Positions 10,229 through 19,907 are shown, counted from the first letter of the stretch. The stretch is 64,000 bases of DNA from an uncultured Planctomycetia bacterium (GCA_964642015.1 CAZXLF010000004.1:115001-179000); one strand, 5' to 3'. The notes: generated from the sequence alone by a model not told the origin. Made by a program: numbers and translations.

Positions 10229-10386
10229 AACTGCCTCCGGAACAGCATTCGCCCCAAAGACCTTTCAATTGCAAACCGAATAGATAATTGTGGAAATTCT
10301 TTTATGCCTGATATAACATAAGTTTCCATTGCTGAGCCGTTTAGAGCTCTTTTAAACAACATAAAAAAATCATTATTCGAGGGTCT

Positions 10387-12840
10387 ATGAAAAAATTGTT
10401 CCGCTGGTTTATGGTCACGGCCACGCTTTTTACGGTCCAAGGGATTGCATTAGCAAACGATGCAGATCTTAAGATTCCCGATCTCCATGAGGGGCACTTC
10501 AACCTGTTCGGAGGACTCAGTGGTTTCCAGATCCTATTTTATGGGGCGATCGTGATTGTCGGGACGGCCGGGTTGTCCCTTTATCAATTCTTCGCGATCA
10601 AGGCTCTTCCCTCGCATCGTTCTATGCTCGACGTTGCAGAGACTATTTTTCAGACCTGCAAGACCTATCTCAAACAGCAGGTAAGATTCCTGGCGATGCT
10701 TTTCGGAATTATCGCGCTGGCCATGTCCTATTATTTTATCGCGCTTCAGCATGAATCCATAACAACACTGGGGCTCGTCTTATTCTTCTCTATCGTCGGC
10801 ATGACGGGTTCAACGCTCGTCGCGTTTTACGGGATCCGTGTGAATACCTATGCGAATGCTAGGACCGCTTTTGCCTCACTACGAGCCATACCCTGGGATG
10901 TTGTCAACATCCCTCTGCGTGCAGGCATGTCCGTGGGACTATTTCTTATCTCGATCGAACTTGTGATAATGGTAATCATACTTCTCTTTGTGCCGCGCGA
11001 CATTGTCGGATATTGCTTCCTTGGTTTTGCTATCGGTGAATCGCTTGCCGCGAGCGCGCTTCGTATAGCGGGAGGCATCTTCACCAAGATCGCCGATATC
11101 GGATCGGACCTCATGAAGATCGTCTTTCATGTCAAAGAAGACGATCCGCGCAATCCGGGCGTGATCGCTGACTGCGCGGGCGACAATGCAGGTGATTCGG
11201 TAGGCCCAACTGCTGACGGTTTCGAAACCTATGGCGTCACGGGAGTGGCGCTTATTTCTTTTATTACACTCGCGGTGAAAGAACCGAATCTCCAAGCCAA
11301 GCTCATCGTCTGGATATTTGCGATGCGCTTCCTGATGGATTTCATGTCGGGAACATCTTATTTCATAAACAAGGCTATTTCCGAAAACAAATACAAAGGC
11401 CTCAAAGAATTTAATTTCGAGGAGCCTCTTACGCGGCTCATCATGATCGCAACGGGACTTTGCATTTCCACGTCGTTCGGAATGTCTTATCTTCTCGTCG
11501 GAGACCTCCCCGATCCAACACTCTGGTGGAAGCTGGCCTCGATCATCACGTGCGGCACGCTGGCAGCCTTCCTCATTCCTGAATTCACCAAGATCTTTAC
11601 TTCCTCCCATTCTAAGCATGTCCACGAAATCGTCACAGCTTCACGCGAGGGAGGTCCTTCGCTGACCATCCTTTCGGGGATCGTGGCAGGTTCTTTCTCA
11701 GCTTTTTGGAAAGGCATCCTCATCGCAGCGCTCATGTTCGTGGCATATCTCATATCAGGCATGGGGCTGCAAAACATTATGCCTCATGCATCGGTCTTTG
11801 CTTTCGGACTTGTTGCCTACGGTTTTCTTTGTATGGGCCCTGTAAACATTGCGGTAGATTCCTATGGCCCTGTAACAGACAACGCCCAATCAATCTTTGA
11901 GCTGGCACAAACTGAGTCCATCCCAGGGATCCATAAGGAGATCGAGGACTCTTTCGGTTTTAAACCAGATTTCAAGGCAGGTAAACATTACCTAGAAGCC
12001 AATGACTCAGCCGGAAATACGTTCAAGGCCACCGCCAAGCCTGTTCTTATTGGAACGGCTGTCGCTGGAGCGACGACAATGATCTTTTCTATCATCCTAC
12101 TCCTCCAAGAACATCTTCGTTCTGCGGCTATAACCGCGGCGGCAGGCGCGCCGGTAGCCGAAAATATCGGAGAGATCCTTTTACACCAAAAGCTTTCGCT
12201 CACAGCGGCACCGGTCCTTCTAGGTTTTCTTTGCGGTGGAGCGGTGATCTACTGGTTCTGCGGGGCTTCAATACAAGCTGTCACAACCGGTGCTTACTCC
12301 GCCGTCGAGTACATCAAGAAAAACATGAAGCTTGATAAAAAAGAGGCTCACCGCGAAGATTCGATCACAGTCGTAAAGATCTGCACTGAATACGCGCAGA
12401 AAGGTATGTGGAACATCTTTCTGGGTCTACTCAGCTTTACGCTCGCGTTTGCGCTCTTCGATCCTTATTTCTTCATCGCTTATCTTTTGGCGATCGCGGT
12501 CTTCGGACTTTTTCAGGCAATGTATATGGCCAATGCGGGCGGCGCCTGGGACAATGCCAAGAAGCTGGTTGAGGTCGATTTTGGTGAGAAACACACACCC
12601 GTTCATGCCGCGACCGTCATCGGCGACACCGTGGGAGACCCTTTTAAAGACACGACCTCTGTTTCGCTTAATCCGATCATCAAATTCTCGACACTCTTCG
12701 GCATGCTCGCTGTTGAGATCGCGATCAAAATGGATCCGGCTGCAACGCGCATCGGCGGAGCCGCGTTCTTTCTGGTGGGATTATTCTTCGTCTGGAGATC
12801 CTTTTACCAGATGCGGATTCCGGAAAAGGTCAAAGCTTAG
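10387..12840 (+). CDS. hppA: membrane-bound proton/sodium-translocating pyrophosphatase (H+-PPase)
   Basis: 817 aa. Diagnostic motifs DCAGDNAGDSVGPTADGFETYG and TVIGDTVGDPFKDTTSVSLNPIIKF. It has an N-terminal signal-peptide-like extension. Confidence 0.9.
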   Translation: MKKLFRWFMVTATLFTVQGIALANDADLKIPDLHEGHFNLFGGLSGFQILFYGAIVIVGTAGLSLYQFFAIKALPSHRSMLDVAETIFQTCKTYLKQQVRFLAMLFGIIALAMSYYFIALQHESITTLGLVLFFSIVGMTGSTLVAFYGIRVNTYANARTAFASLRAIPWDVVNIPLRAGMSVGLFLISIELVIMVIILLFVPRDIVGYCFLGFAIGESLAASALRIAGGIFTKIADIGSDLMKIVFHVKEDDPRNPGVIADCAGDNAGDSVGPTADGFETYGVTGVALISFITLAVKEPNLQAKLIVWIFAMRFLMDFMSGTSYFINKAISENKYKGLKEFNFEEPLTRLIMIATGLCISTSFGMSYLLVGDLPDPTLWWKLASIITCGTLAAFLIPEFTKIFTSSHSKHVHEIVTASREGGPSLTILSGIVAGSFSAFWKGILIAALMFVAYLISGMGLQNIMPHASVFAFGLVAYGFLCMGPVNIAVDSYGPVTDNAQSIFELAQTESIPGIHKEIEDSFGFKPDFKAGKHYLEANDSAGNTFKATAKPVLIGTAVAGATTMIFSIILLLQEHLRSAAITAAAGAPVAENIGEILLHQKLSLTAAPVLLGFLCGGAVIYWFCGASIQAVTTGAYSAVEYIKKNMKLDKKEAHREDSITVVKICTEYAQKGMWNIFLGLLSFTLAFALFDPYFFIAYLLAIAVFGLFQAMYMANAGGAWDNAKKLVEVDFGEKHTPVHAATVIGDTVGDPFKDTTSVSLNPIIKFSTLFGMLAVEIAIKMDPAATRIGGAAFFLVGLFFVWRSFYQMRIPEKVKA

Positions 12841-13455
12841 TCATTTTTTCTTTAGAAAATCGACGTCCTTCTTTAATTGATAAATGCTTTGCGAATCTCC
12901 TGAATCATAATAGCCGCGCACCTGTCCTTTCTTGTCTATTAGAATGAATCGGGCGCTGTGCATGGTCGGCTCATCGATACGGCTCAGTTTAAGACTCTGG
13001 GCGATAAAGTTTATCTGTTCCATCCGCCCTGTTAAAAATTTCCATGTCCTCCGATCCGCGCCATAACCATCCGCATAGGCGGATAAAACTTCCGGCGTAT
13101 CAAATGAAGGGTCCACACTAAAAGACACAAAAAAAACATCCTTCATTTCTTTGCTAAACGCGCTCATCTTGCTCGTCATCATCGGACATTGCCCGGCGCA
13201 TCTTGTAAAAATAAAATCGGCTATCCATACTTTTCCCTCGAGATCTTTTTTAGAAACAGCTTTTCCGTTGCTGTCCGTCAGCCGAAAATCAGGGACCGGA
13301 TAATAAACGGGTAAAACCTTTTGATCATATCCAAAAAAACGGATACAAAAAACAAGGATCAACAGAACACCAAAAACAAGCTGGATATAAAGAAAAGAAT
13401 TTCTAGGGGAGGGCTTTGGCATTCGGATCGGCGAGATCTTTGATCTTCCTTGCAA
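12841..13455 (-). CDS. SCO1/SenC-family copper chaperone (thioredoxin fold)
   Basis: 204 aa. N-terminal membrane anchor. CxxxC motif in FTRCAGQCPMMTS, typical of SCO1. Confidence 0.7.
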   Translation of the reverse strand: MQGRSKISPIRMPKPSPRNSFLYIQLVFGVLLILVFCIRFFGYDQKVLPVYYPVPDFRLTDSNGKAVSKKDLEGKVWIADFIFTRCAGQCPMMTSKMSAFSKEMKDVFFVSFSVDPSFDTPEVLSAYADGYGADRRTWKFLTGRMEQINFIAQSLKLSRIDEPTMHSARFILIDKKGQVRGYYDSGDSQSIYQLKKDVDFLKKK

Positions 13456-14221
13456 TAGAGGATTTTAAATTAGGGTTTTCTTTGGCATCAAAAAATGTTA
13501 AAGCCTTTTGATACGCTTTCAGCGCCTGCGCTTTCGATGTTTGGCCCATATAAGATTCAGCGAGATAATAATAAACGTCACGCAGATCAACATTGCTTGC
13601 GTTGTCCTTGTTCATATGAGCAATAGAACTTTCGAAATAAACTGAGCTGGTCTTGAAATCTTTTTTGGATTTAAGATAATTCATCCCCAAATGATATTCG
13701 ATCTCCCAAGAATCGGGATTGTCTTTCAGCCCTTGCCTTAAAATTTCTATTGCTTCATCGGTTTTTTTAAAATAACTGTCCAACCAATAAGCCGTCGTCA
13801 ATATCGCCGGAACATTATAAGGATCGAGTTTTATCGCGGAAGCTAAAAGCGGGAGGATCTCTTTGCTTTGTTCTCCCTGCAAATGAATATGTTCCATAAC
13901 CTTCACGCGGCTATTGACCTGATAGACCCAATCAGTGTATTTTTTCTTGAACGATTCGTGGTTTTGCGATCCCCTGTCGCCGGTCTCAACCATTTCTTCA
14001 TGCTGCAAAAGGTCTGTGCTGACACCACCGTGGAGATAGGAATTCGCTTTCAAAAAAAAAGTGTCACCGATCGCCTCTTTTGCGCTTCCGAGAAATAAAT
14101 AAAGCGGGCCTTTCGAGTGTTCGACAAGACGGGGCTGGTGTTTTTCAATCTGCCAGGCCATCATCCCCAAAGCAAAGAACCAAATAAGCAAAAAAAATAA
14201 TGGGAAACGTTCGCTGTTCAT
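13403..14221 (-). CDS. membrane-anchored TPR-repeat protein
   Basis: 272 aa. N-terminal TM helix. Repeated Ala/Tyr-rich 34-residue helical pattern (…AQALKAYQKALTF…). Confidence 0.5.
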   Translation of the reverse strand: MNSERFPLFFLLIWFFALGMMAWQIEKHQPRLVEHSKGPLYLFLGSAKEAIGDTFFLKANSYLHGGVSTDLLQHEEMVETGDRGSQNHESFKKKYTDWVYQVNSRVKVMEHIHLQGEQSKEILPLLASAIKLDPYNVPAILTTAYWLDSYFKKTDEAIEILRQGLKDNPDSWEIEYHLGMNYLKSKKDFKTSSVYFESSIAHMNKDNASNVDLRDVYYYLAESYMGQTSKAQALKAYQKALTFFDAKENPNLKSSIARKIKDLADPNAKALP

Positions 14222-14988
14222 AGTGCCTTTTTGCGGAATTTGAACCAGCCGATCATCAAAAAGAACGCGGAATAAAACACCGCATATGCCGATAAAAATA
14301 AAACCAGTTTATTAGAAACCGGGCTCCATCCGTGAATAAGGCGCTGCCGGACATCAAAAAATTCAAAATGCGGCATCAGATAATAAAACGCCTGGGCGAT
14401 CCAACGGTTCAGCCAAAAGAAACCTTCGCTCGTTTCTTTCAGCGTCAAACCGTAAGTATTGATCAAAATATAGATCGCCAGAGAAATAGTGACATTGGCA
14501 GAAATCGTGAGACCATACGACAATCCGCTCGTCATTGCAGTGAGGATCATCAGATTCAGAAAAAAAAGATAATAAGTCTGAGCCGCCATAAGAAGCGACA
14601 GCTGATGGGCTTTTGAAACGGTAAACAGAATGAACGTCAAATAAAAAACCGAAAAACACAATGTCCCCGCCATTAAAGAACCGACGAATTTTCCAAGCAC
14701 ATAATGGAGTCTCGACAGCGGTTTGGCCATTAATACATGTAAAGTGCGGTTTTGAACTTCAGAAGGATATTGTCTTGCTGCGAGCGAAGTGGTCAGAATC
14801 GCCGAAAAAATAAAACACAAAGCCAGTCCGATCTCCATTAAATAACGATAAATATTTTCGACATTATAAAATTGGAGCTGTGAAGCATAGAAGAGAATGA
14901 CAACACTCAAGATCAGCGCGACATAAAAATCTTTTTTTCGGAATATCTCCTTGATCAAAAGGCTTGAAATTGCCAAGACTTGCCTCAT
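14218..14988 (-). CDS. ABC-2 type transporter permease
   Basis: 256 aa with 6 predicted TM segments. Overlaps the upstream ATPase gene by 4 nt. Confidence 0.55.
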   Translation of the reverse strand: MRQVLAISSLLIKEIFRKKDFYVALILSVVILFYASQLQFYNVENIYRYLMEIGLALCFIFSAILTTSLAARQYPSEVQNRTLHVLMAKPLSRLHYVLGKFVGSLMAGTLCFSVFYLTFILFTVSKAHQLSLLMAAQTYYLFFLNLMILTAMTSGLSYGLTISANVTISLAIYILINTYGLTLKETSEGFFWLNRWIAQAFYYLMPHFEFFDVRQRLIHGWSPVSNKLVLFLSAYAVFYSAFFLMIGWFKFRKKAL

Positions 14989-15710
14989 GAGGAGCTTCCT
15001 TTGATCGTTTGGATGAAAAAACGTTCCAAATGCTGATCATTCTTTCCCAGAATATCATTTAAAGACCCCGATCTCACAAGTTTACCGTCCTTAAGGATCG
15101 CGATGGAATCCGAAAGTAATTCCACTTCGGATAATTCATGCGAAGAAAAAAAGATCGTTTTCCCACGGTCTTTAAGATCTTTCAGTATCTTTCTTAGATC
15201 CATGCGTGAAATAGGATCAAGGCCGGAGGTGGGCTCATCCAATATCAACGTATCCGGTTCATGGATCAAAACCTGCGCAAGGCTGATCTTTTGCGTCATG
15301 CCTTTGGAAAAAGTTCCGATTTGTTTATTTTTTACATCAGATAAACCGACAAGCTCTAAAAGCTCCGGAATACGTTTCGCCATTACACTTCTCGACACTT
15401 CACAAATATGGCCGTAAAAATTCAGAATTTCGATTGGCGTCAGAAACCTATAATAATTAGCTTCTTCGGGAAGGAATCCTACTTTGCGTCTTGATTCAGG
15501 ATGACTCGGTGAAAGACCGTGCAAAACAACTTTGCCTGATGTCGGAAAAATAAGCCCCAACAACGCCTTGATCGTAGTGCTCTTGCCGGCACCGTTGGGG
15601 CCAATGAAACCGAATATCTCACCTTGCCGGACATTAAGAGACAGACCGTTCAATACGCGCTTATGCGCGTAATCGACGACCAGATCGTTGATCTCAATGA
15701 CCGGTGTCAC
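14985..15710 (-). CDS. ABC transporter ATP-binding protein
   Basis: Walker A GPNGAGKST. Signature-like FSKGMTQK. Walker B LILDEPTSGLD. Confidence 0.85.
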   Translation of the reverse strand: MTPVIEINDLVVDYAHKRVLNGLSLNVRQGEIFGFIGPNGAGKSTTIKALLGLIFPTSGKVVLHGLSPSHPESRRKVGFLPEEANYYRFLTPIEILNFYGHICEVSRSVMAKRIPELLELVGLSDVKNKQIGTFSKGMTQKISLAQVLIHEPDTLILDEPTSGLDPISRMDLRKILKDLKDRGKTIFFSSHELSEVELLSDSIAILKDGKLVRSGSLNDILGKNDQHLERFFIQTIKGSSS

Positions 15711-15716
15711 TAGTTT

Positions 15717-16376
15717 TTATTTTTGGAGAATGCCTTCGATCTCGAGCGTTATATCGACTTCATCTCCGACCAGAACTCCGCCTGTCTCAAGCGCTTCGTT
15801 CCAATTGAGGCCAAAGTCCTTGCGGTTTATCTTTGTGGTGGCTGTAAATCCGGCTCTCGTATTTCCCCAAGGATCTTTTCCGACCCCATGGATCTCGATA
15901 TCCAAAGTAACCGGTTTTTCGACGCCGTGTATCGTCAGAAGTCCTTCGAGCTTCGCGTTCGTTTCGGTCGCGGCGGCGACTTTTGTGCTCTTGAAGCTTA
16001 TCGCCGGATATTTTTCTACGTCAAAAAAATCAGCTGAGCGCAGATGCTTATCTCTTTCAGGAACATGCGTGTTGATGCTGGTCACGTCGATCGTACCACT
16101 GGTTTTCCATGTATCGGATTTACCGGGCTCATAATCGACAGTGCCGTCATATTTATCAAACCGTCCTTCGACCTTTGAAAAAAGATGGCGTATCTTGAAC
16201 GACACCGTTGAATGGTCTGGATCCACTTTATACGTGGCCGCCCAGGAAACCGTTGAATAAGAAAAAATGATCAATGCAACAAATACAAAATATTTGAAAA
16301 AACGCGCTATTTTAAACATTGCTCCCCCTTTTTTCTTTCTTTGCTGATCCGTTCTAGAACATCCAAACAACTTCAT
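15717..16376 (-). CDS. YceI-family periplasmic (polyisoprenoid-binding) protein
   Basis: 219 aa. Signal peptide. YKVDPDHSTVSFKIRHLFSKVEGRF is the YceI lipocalin-like signature. Confidence 0.75.
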   Translation of the reverse strand: MKLFGCSRTDQQRKKKGGAMFKIARFFKYFVFVALIIFSYSTVSWAATYKVDPDHSTVSFKIRHLFSKVEGRFDKYDGTVDYEPGKSDTWKTSGTIDVTSINTHVPERDKHLRSADFFDVEKYPAISFKSTKVAAATETNAKLEGLLTIHGVEKPVTLDIEIHGVGKDPWGNTRAGFTATTKINRKDFGLNWNEALETGGVLVGDEVDITLEIEGILQK

Positions 16377-16395
16377 AATGACACTTCATTCGAAA

Positions 16396-17103
16396 CTAAA
16401 GCATTTTCCGCAGCTCTTCCTTTTTGAGGATAGAGATCTGATGAGGCCTGATATCAATGAGTTTTTTCCTTTTAAGCTCGTAAAGCTGGCGCGCCACAGT
16501 TTCACGCGCAACGCCTATTCTTTGCGCAAGTTCCTCGCGCGTGAATGGCACAGAAAGAATATTATCAGATTCGGTTTTATTACCATTGGCTGCCTGCAGC
16601 ATATCCAGCAGGAATTTGATCAGTCTCTTTTTGCTATCCTTTAAAGAAACCTCTTCTATCAACTCGCTGAAACATTGAAGGCGGTTCGCGAATAAGTTAT
16701 TCAGTGTATGCGACAGCTTCGCGTTCTCTTGGACCAGCTTTACATAATGATCCCGGGAAAGGAACCAGACATTGCTCGGCTCCAATGCTTCTGCTGAAGA
16801 AAAACAGCTCCAGTTCGTCGATCCGGGGTTGCAGGCGCAGGTATCACCGGGACCCAAGGTTTCCAGAATCTGTTCCCGGCCGGCGGAAGAGGTACGGTAG
16901 ATCTTTACTCTTCCCGACCGAACAAAAAATATGCGCTCGCAGGATTTACCCTCAAAAAAAAGGGATTCGCCCTTTTTAAAGGCCTTTTCATTCAAACAAT
17001 TTTTTACTATTGTGAGCTCTTCTTTGGACAAGCTTTGGAAAAATGGGACATTCTCAACAGCTATTGGCATCATTTGCTTCTTCCGAAAGCAAATATGCCA
17101 CAA
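16396..17103 (-). CDS. Crp/Fnr-family transcriptional regulator
   Basis: cNMP-binding beta-roll (…FFEGKSCERIFFVRSGRVKIY…) plus a C-terminal HTH (RETVARQLYELKRKKLI). The true start is probably the internal MMPIAV. Confidence 0.8.
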   Translation of the reverse strand: MWHICFRKKQMMPIAVENVPFFQSLSKEELTIVKNCLNEKAFKKGESLFFEGKSCERIFFVRSGRVKIYRTSSAGREQILETLGPGDTCACNPGSTNWSCFSSAEALEPSNVWFLSRDHYVKLVQENAKLSHTLNNLFANRLQCFSELIEEVSLKDSKKRLIKFLLDMLQAANGNKTESDNILSVPFTREELAQRIGVARETVARQLYELKRKKLIDIRPHQISILKKEELRKML

Positions 17104-17153
17104 TATCTAAGTACACGCAACAGAATTTCTCACCAACGCCCTCTCAAACAATC

Positions 17154-17411
17154 TTAACAGGAAATAACACCTGCCCCTATGAGCGATAAACGATTGGGGC
17201 GATAGTTGAGTTCGAAACGGATCTTTCCTTCACGTGCCAACCAACCAATCGCCTGATGCAGAAGTGCCGGATCGTTCACTTGTATCTCTTTGGCCAGATC
17301 TTCCGTTGTTTTGTCACCTTTTTCCAAGGCCTTATAGATCTTCCCCGCTGTTTCTCCAATGGCCAGATATTGTTCCTGCACGCTGAACCCTCCTTTATTG
17401 TCAGAATTCAA
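17154..17411 (-). CDS. small winged-helix protein (DUF2582-like)
   Basis: 85 aa with a helix-turn-helix-like pattern (…TTEDLAKEIQVNDPALLHQAIGWLAREGKI…). Confidence 0.45.
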   Translation of the reverse strand: MNSDNKGGFSVQEQYLAIGETAGKIYKALEKGDKTTEDLAKEIQVNDPALLHQAIGWLAREGKIRFELNYRPNRLSLIGAGVISC

Positions 17412-17485
17412 TACTAACTAGATCTGAAAAAATTTGGATATCTTAAAACAAATTCTTCGATAACTAAAAACTTCTGCCATGCATT

Positions 17486-17653
17486 TTACCGATTTCTCAT
17501 TAGCTGCGGAGCATGCTCTCCCATATACCGTGCCCGGATGCTTGCTTTTGCATTAGCAAGGGTTTTTGAACTTCCGACGATCTCCCCTGTGCTTTGCTTC
17601 ATGATCTTATAAGGCCTTTCATCGTGTGGTTTTTTCACGATACGATATGGCAT
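17486..17653 (-). CDS. unannotated 55-aa small ORF translationally coupled to rubrerythrin
   Basis: Manual translation: MPYRIVKKPHDERPYKIMKQSTGEIVGSSKTLANAKASIRARYMGEHAPQLMRNR. The ATG immediately follows the rubrerythrin TAA (TAAATG). Below the 60-aa cutoff of the ORF track. Confidence 0.3.
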   Translation of the reverse strand: MPYRIVKKPHDERPYKIMKQSTGEIVGSSKTLANAKASIRARYMGEHAPQLMRNR

Positions 17654-18286
17654 TTAAGAGATCCTCCGAAATTTATCTCTGGACGACCCGCATGACGGAC
17701 ATTTTTCTTTCGGAAATGAACCAGTCACATAACCGCAAACCGAGCAGACAAAAAAAGCGCGTTTTCCGTCCTTCCATAATTCCAGATCTTTCAACGCCTC
17801 ACTGAACAACAACGCATGCTGGTTCTCGGCGCGCTGCGCATAAGTAAATGTGCGCACCGTGTCCAGCATATTCTCGTCTTTTGCGGTTTGAATGAACTTG
17901 GAATACAGTTTCTGCGCTTCAAAGAATTCGCCGCGACTGGCAGAAGTTAAATTCTCTTGGGTGGATTTTACATCCATCGCAATGCGATATGGTTTTAAAG
18001 TTCCACCGAGTTTTTTGATGATGGACGCATGATTTTTAGCATGCACCAGCTCTCCCATCGCCACCGCTCTAAACAGACTTCCTAACGCCGGATAACCTTC
18101 TTCATCGGCCCTGTTCGCATAGGCCCAATACCGGTCACTGACATTGATCTCATCCGTGTAGGCATAGGTGATATTCTTCAGTGTGTAGAAATTAGGCCCC
18201 TGTGCTAATTGCGCCTTGGCAATGCTGGCAAACATAAGCGCGCCGGCCAATACCGCGAAACTCACCGCTATTTTATTCTTCATCAT
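17654..18286 (-). CDS. rubrerythrin with N-terminal signal peptide (probably periplasmic)
   Basis: Two ExxH diiron motifs (GELVHAKNH; AENQHALLF). C-terminal rubredoxin-like CSVC…CPSC. AGGAGG RBS 7 nt before ATGATG at 18286; the track start at 18310 is probably too far upstream. Signal-like MKNKIAVSFAVLAGALMFASIAKA. Confidence 0.8.
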   Translation of the reverse strand: MMKNKIAVSFAVLAGALMFASIAKAQLAQGPNFYTLKNITYAYTDEINVSDRYWAYANRADEEGYPALGSLFRAVAMGELVHAKNHASIIKKLGGTLKPYRIAMDVKSTQENLTSASRGEFFEAQKLYSKFIQTAKDENMLDTVRTFTYAQRAENQHALLFSEALKDLELWKDGKRAFFVCSVCGYVTGSFPKEKCPSCGSSRDKFRRIS

Positions 18287-18314
18287 GACGTCACCCTCCT
18301 TCCGACGCACAGCC

Positions 18315-18812
18315 TTATTTTATTTCTTTCAAAGACCGCGCCTTCGAATAAGTATTCACAGCTCTCGTGCGGCATCTTTTGCTGATGACCTTCGCGGGAG
18401 GCGGAGTCAAGCCCGTGGAAGACGTTCGTTCAACTTTCATATGGTGAGGCTTAAAAATTGGGGCCTTTGATTCAAATTCCAAGAATTCCTTCAAAATCGA
18501 AGCCACAGACAGATCGGGATGTTTGGCCCCATATAACAACATCACATTCTGCCCGCGAGCTATTTTTGCCAACGGCATCCACGCATTCTTCTTTTTTTCG
18601 AGTTCGTTAAAGTACCTCGCGCGAAAAGCATCACGTTTATCGACATCATGACGGTACCAACGCTGCAATTTTTCACTTGGTGCTAAAGTCCTAAGCCAGT
18701 CGTCTATCTCGGGAGTACGCCGATGCACGCCCCGCGGCCAAACACGATCGACCAAAAAACGGGCTTCTTTCTTTTCATTGGGGAGATGATGAATGCTTTC
18801 TATCCTTATCAT
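18315..18812 (-). CDS. DUF488-family protein
   Basis: N-terminal two-thirds match the DUF488 pattern (RVWPRGV…DDWLRTLAPS…LQRWYRHD). C-terminal extension of ~45 aa. Confidence 0.6.
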   Translation of the reverse strand: MIRIESIHHLPNEKKEARFLVDRVWPRGVHRRTPEIDDWLRTLAPSEKLQRWYRHDVDKRDAFRARYFNELEKKKNAWMPLAKIARGQNVMLLYGAKHPDLSVASILKEFLEFESKAPIFKPHHMKVERTSSTGLTPPPAKVISKRCRTRAVNTYSKARSLKEIK

Positions 18813-18836
18813 GTCAAACGCCTCCCTTCTACAAGA

Positions 18837-19310
18837 TCAATGGATCATGACAGCGATATCACCTACAATGGGACTCACGATCTTTTCGTAATCTTTATAA
18901 GCCATCCTCATTGCTTCAGAGTGCGTCCCCGCATTAAAAACGATCGTATTGTTTTCCGCTAACGATAAATCAACAACAACCGGCACTCCGTAAAGCTCTC
19001 CAAATGGAGGCATCGCTCCGGGTTCGCAATCCTGAAATATAGAAACAAACTCTTCTTCCGCCTCCAGCCGGATATCCTCTGTACCAAAAAGATACCTCAC
19101 CTTTAACATATCGATCCGGTGAGTGGCGGGTACTACGGCCATGACGTTCATACCGTCAACGCTTAGCATCACGACCTTCGCTTCTTTTTTTCCTGAAATA
19201 TGTTCCATTTCTGCCGTTGTTTGAGCAGTAAATGCTACCGGATGATCAACCAGATCATACGGCATCCGCTTTTCAACTAACATGCTTTCCAATTTTTGCC
19301 TGACGTTCAT
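18837..19310 (-). CDS. YbaK/ProX-like aminoacyl-tRNA deacylase domain protein
   Basis: 157 aa. YbaK-like fold pattern (…HPVAFTAQTTAEMEHISGKKEAKVVMLSVDG…NAGTHSEAMRM…). Confidence 0.55.
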   Translation of the reverse strand: MNVRQKLESMLVEKRMPYDLVDHPVAFTAQTTAEMEHISGKKEAKVVMLSVDGMNVMAVVPATHRIDMLKVRYLFGTEDIRLEAEEEFVSIFQDCEPGAMPPFGELYGVPVVVDLSLAENNTIVFNAGTHSEAMRMAYKDYEKIVSPIVGDIAVMIH

Positions 19311-19344
19311 GTTGGCTCCCTCCCTTTTTCCCTAACCATAACGC

Positions 19345-19755
19345 TCACGCAGCCCCTAAACTCTGATAACGTTCATTTCTTGCCCGTTCTTCAAGCGCCT
19401 CATCCACTTCTTCAATCGCCTCAAGCACCAGCGGCAAATAACGATCCAATCCGCAATTAAGCGTATCACGCAGCTCACAGACATCATTCTTTTTCTGCGA
19501 ACGGCAAGACATGCAAATATTTTCGCGGACCGCTTTATTATATGATTCGATTTTCGGATCGTTGAGACGCTGGGCGAGGATCACAAGCTGAGGCAGATAA
19601 CGAAGAAGGGCACATCCGTTCGGATCTTTAGTATGACACACACCATCAGCGCCCATATCCATACACTTGCCGCATACATGACGCTTTACCGCTTCTTCAA
19701 ACTCGACTTTGTTCCAGAAGAAGTAATTATTCCGATTTTCGCTCATCGAAATCAC
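19345..19755 (-). CDS. hypothetical Cys-rich protein with internal duplication (two CxxC-x8-C-x8-C…RYLP modules)
   Basis: 136 aa. Module 1 CGKCMDMGADGVCHTKDPNGCALLRYLP. Module 2 CMSCRSQKKNDVCELRDTLNCGLDRYLP. I recognise no family. Confidence 0.5.
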   Translation of the reverse strand: MISMSENRNNYFFWNKVEFEEAVKRHVCGKCMDMGADGVCHTKDPNGCALLRYLPQLVILAQRLNDPKIESYNKAVRENICMSCRSQKKNDVCELRDTLNCGLDRYLPLVLEAIEEVDEALEERARNERYQSLGAA

Positions 19756-19810
19756 CCCCCTTGCTAGGGTTTTCTTCTTCTTTCACTTATAATATACAAC
19801 GGTCAAAAAA

Positions 19811-19838
19811 ATCATCTGTGACATATGTCACAGATGAT
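19811..19838. promoter_or_regulatory. perfect 28-bp palindrome containing a consensus CRP-type site TGTGA-N6-TCACA
   Basis: ATCATCTGTGACATATGTCACAGATGAT. Core TGTGA at 19817-19821 and TCACA at 19828-19832. Centred ~70 nt upstream of the Cys-rich gene start, in the dps to Cys-rich intergenic region. Confidence 0.55.
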
Positions 19839-19907
19839 CTAAAATAATTGGTTAATTCTTTATTTTATAAGTCCTTTATTTTAAGTAGTTTACAGAATCA
19901 ATACCAT

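Noticed and set aside
12449-12880. 143-aa Arg/Ser-rich + strand ORF at the 3' end of hppA
   Set aside because: Alternative-frame shadow ORF with a low-complexity translation. The hppA frame carries the conserved PPase motifs.
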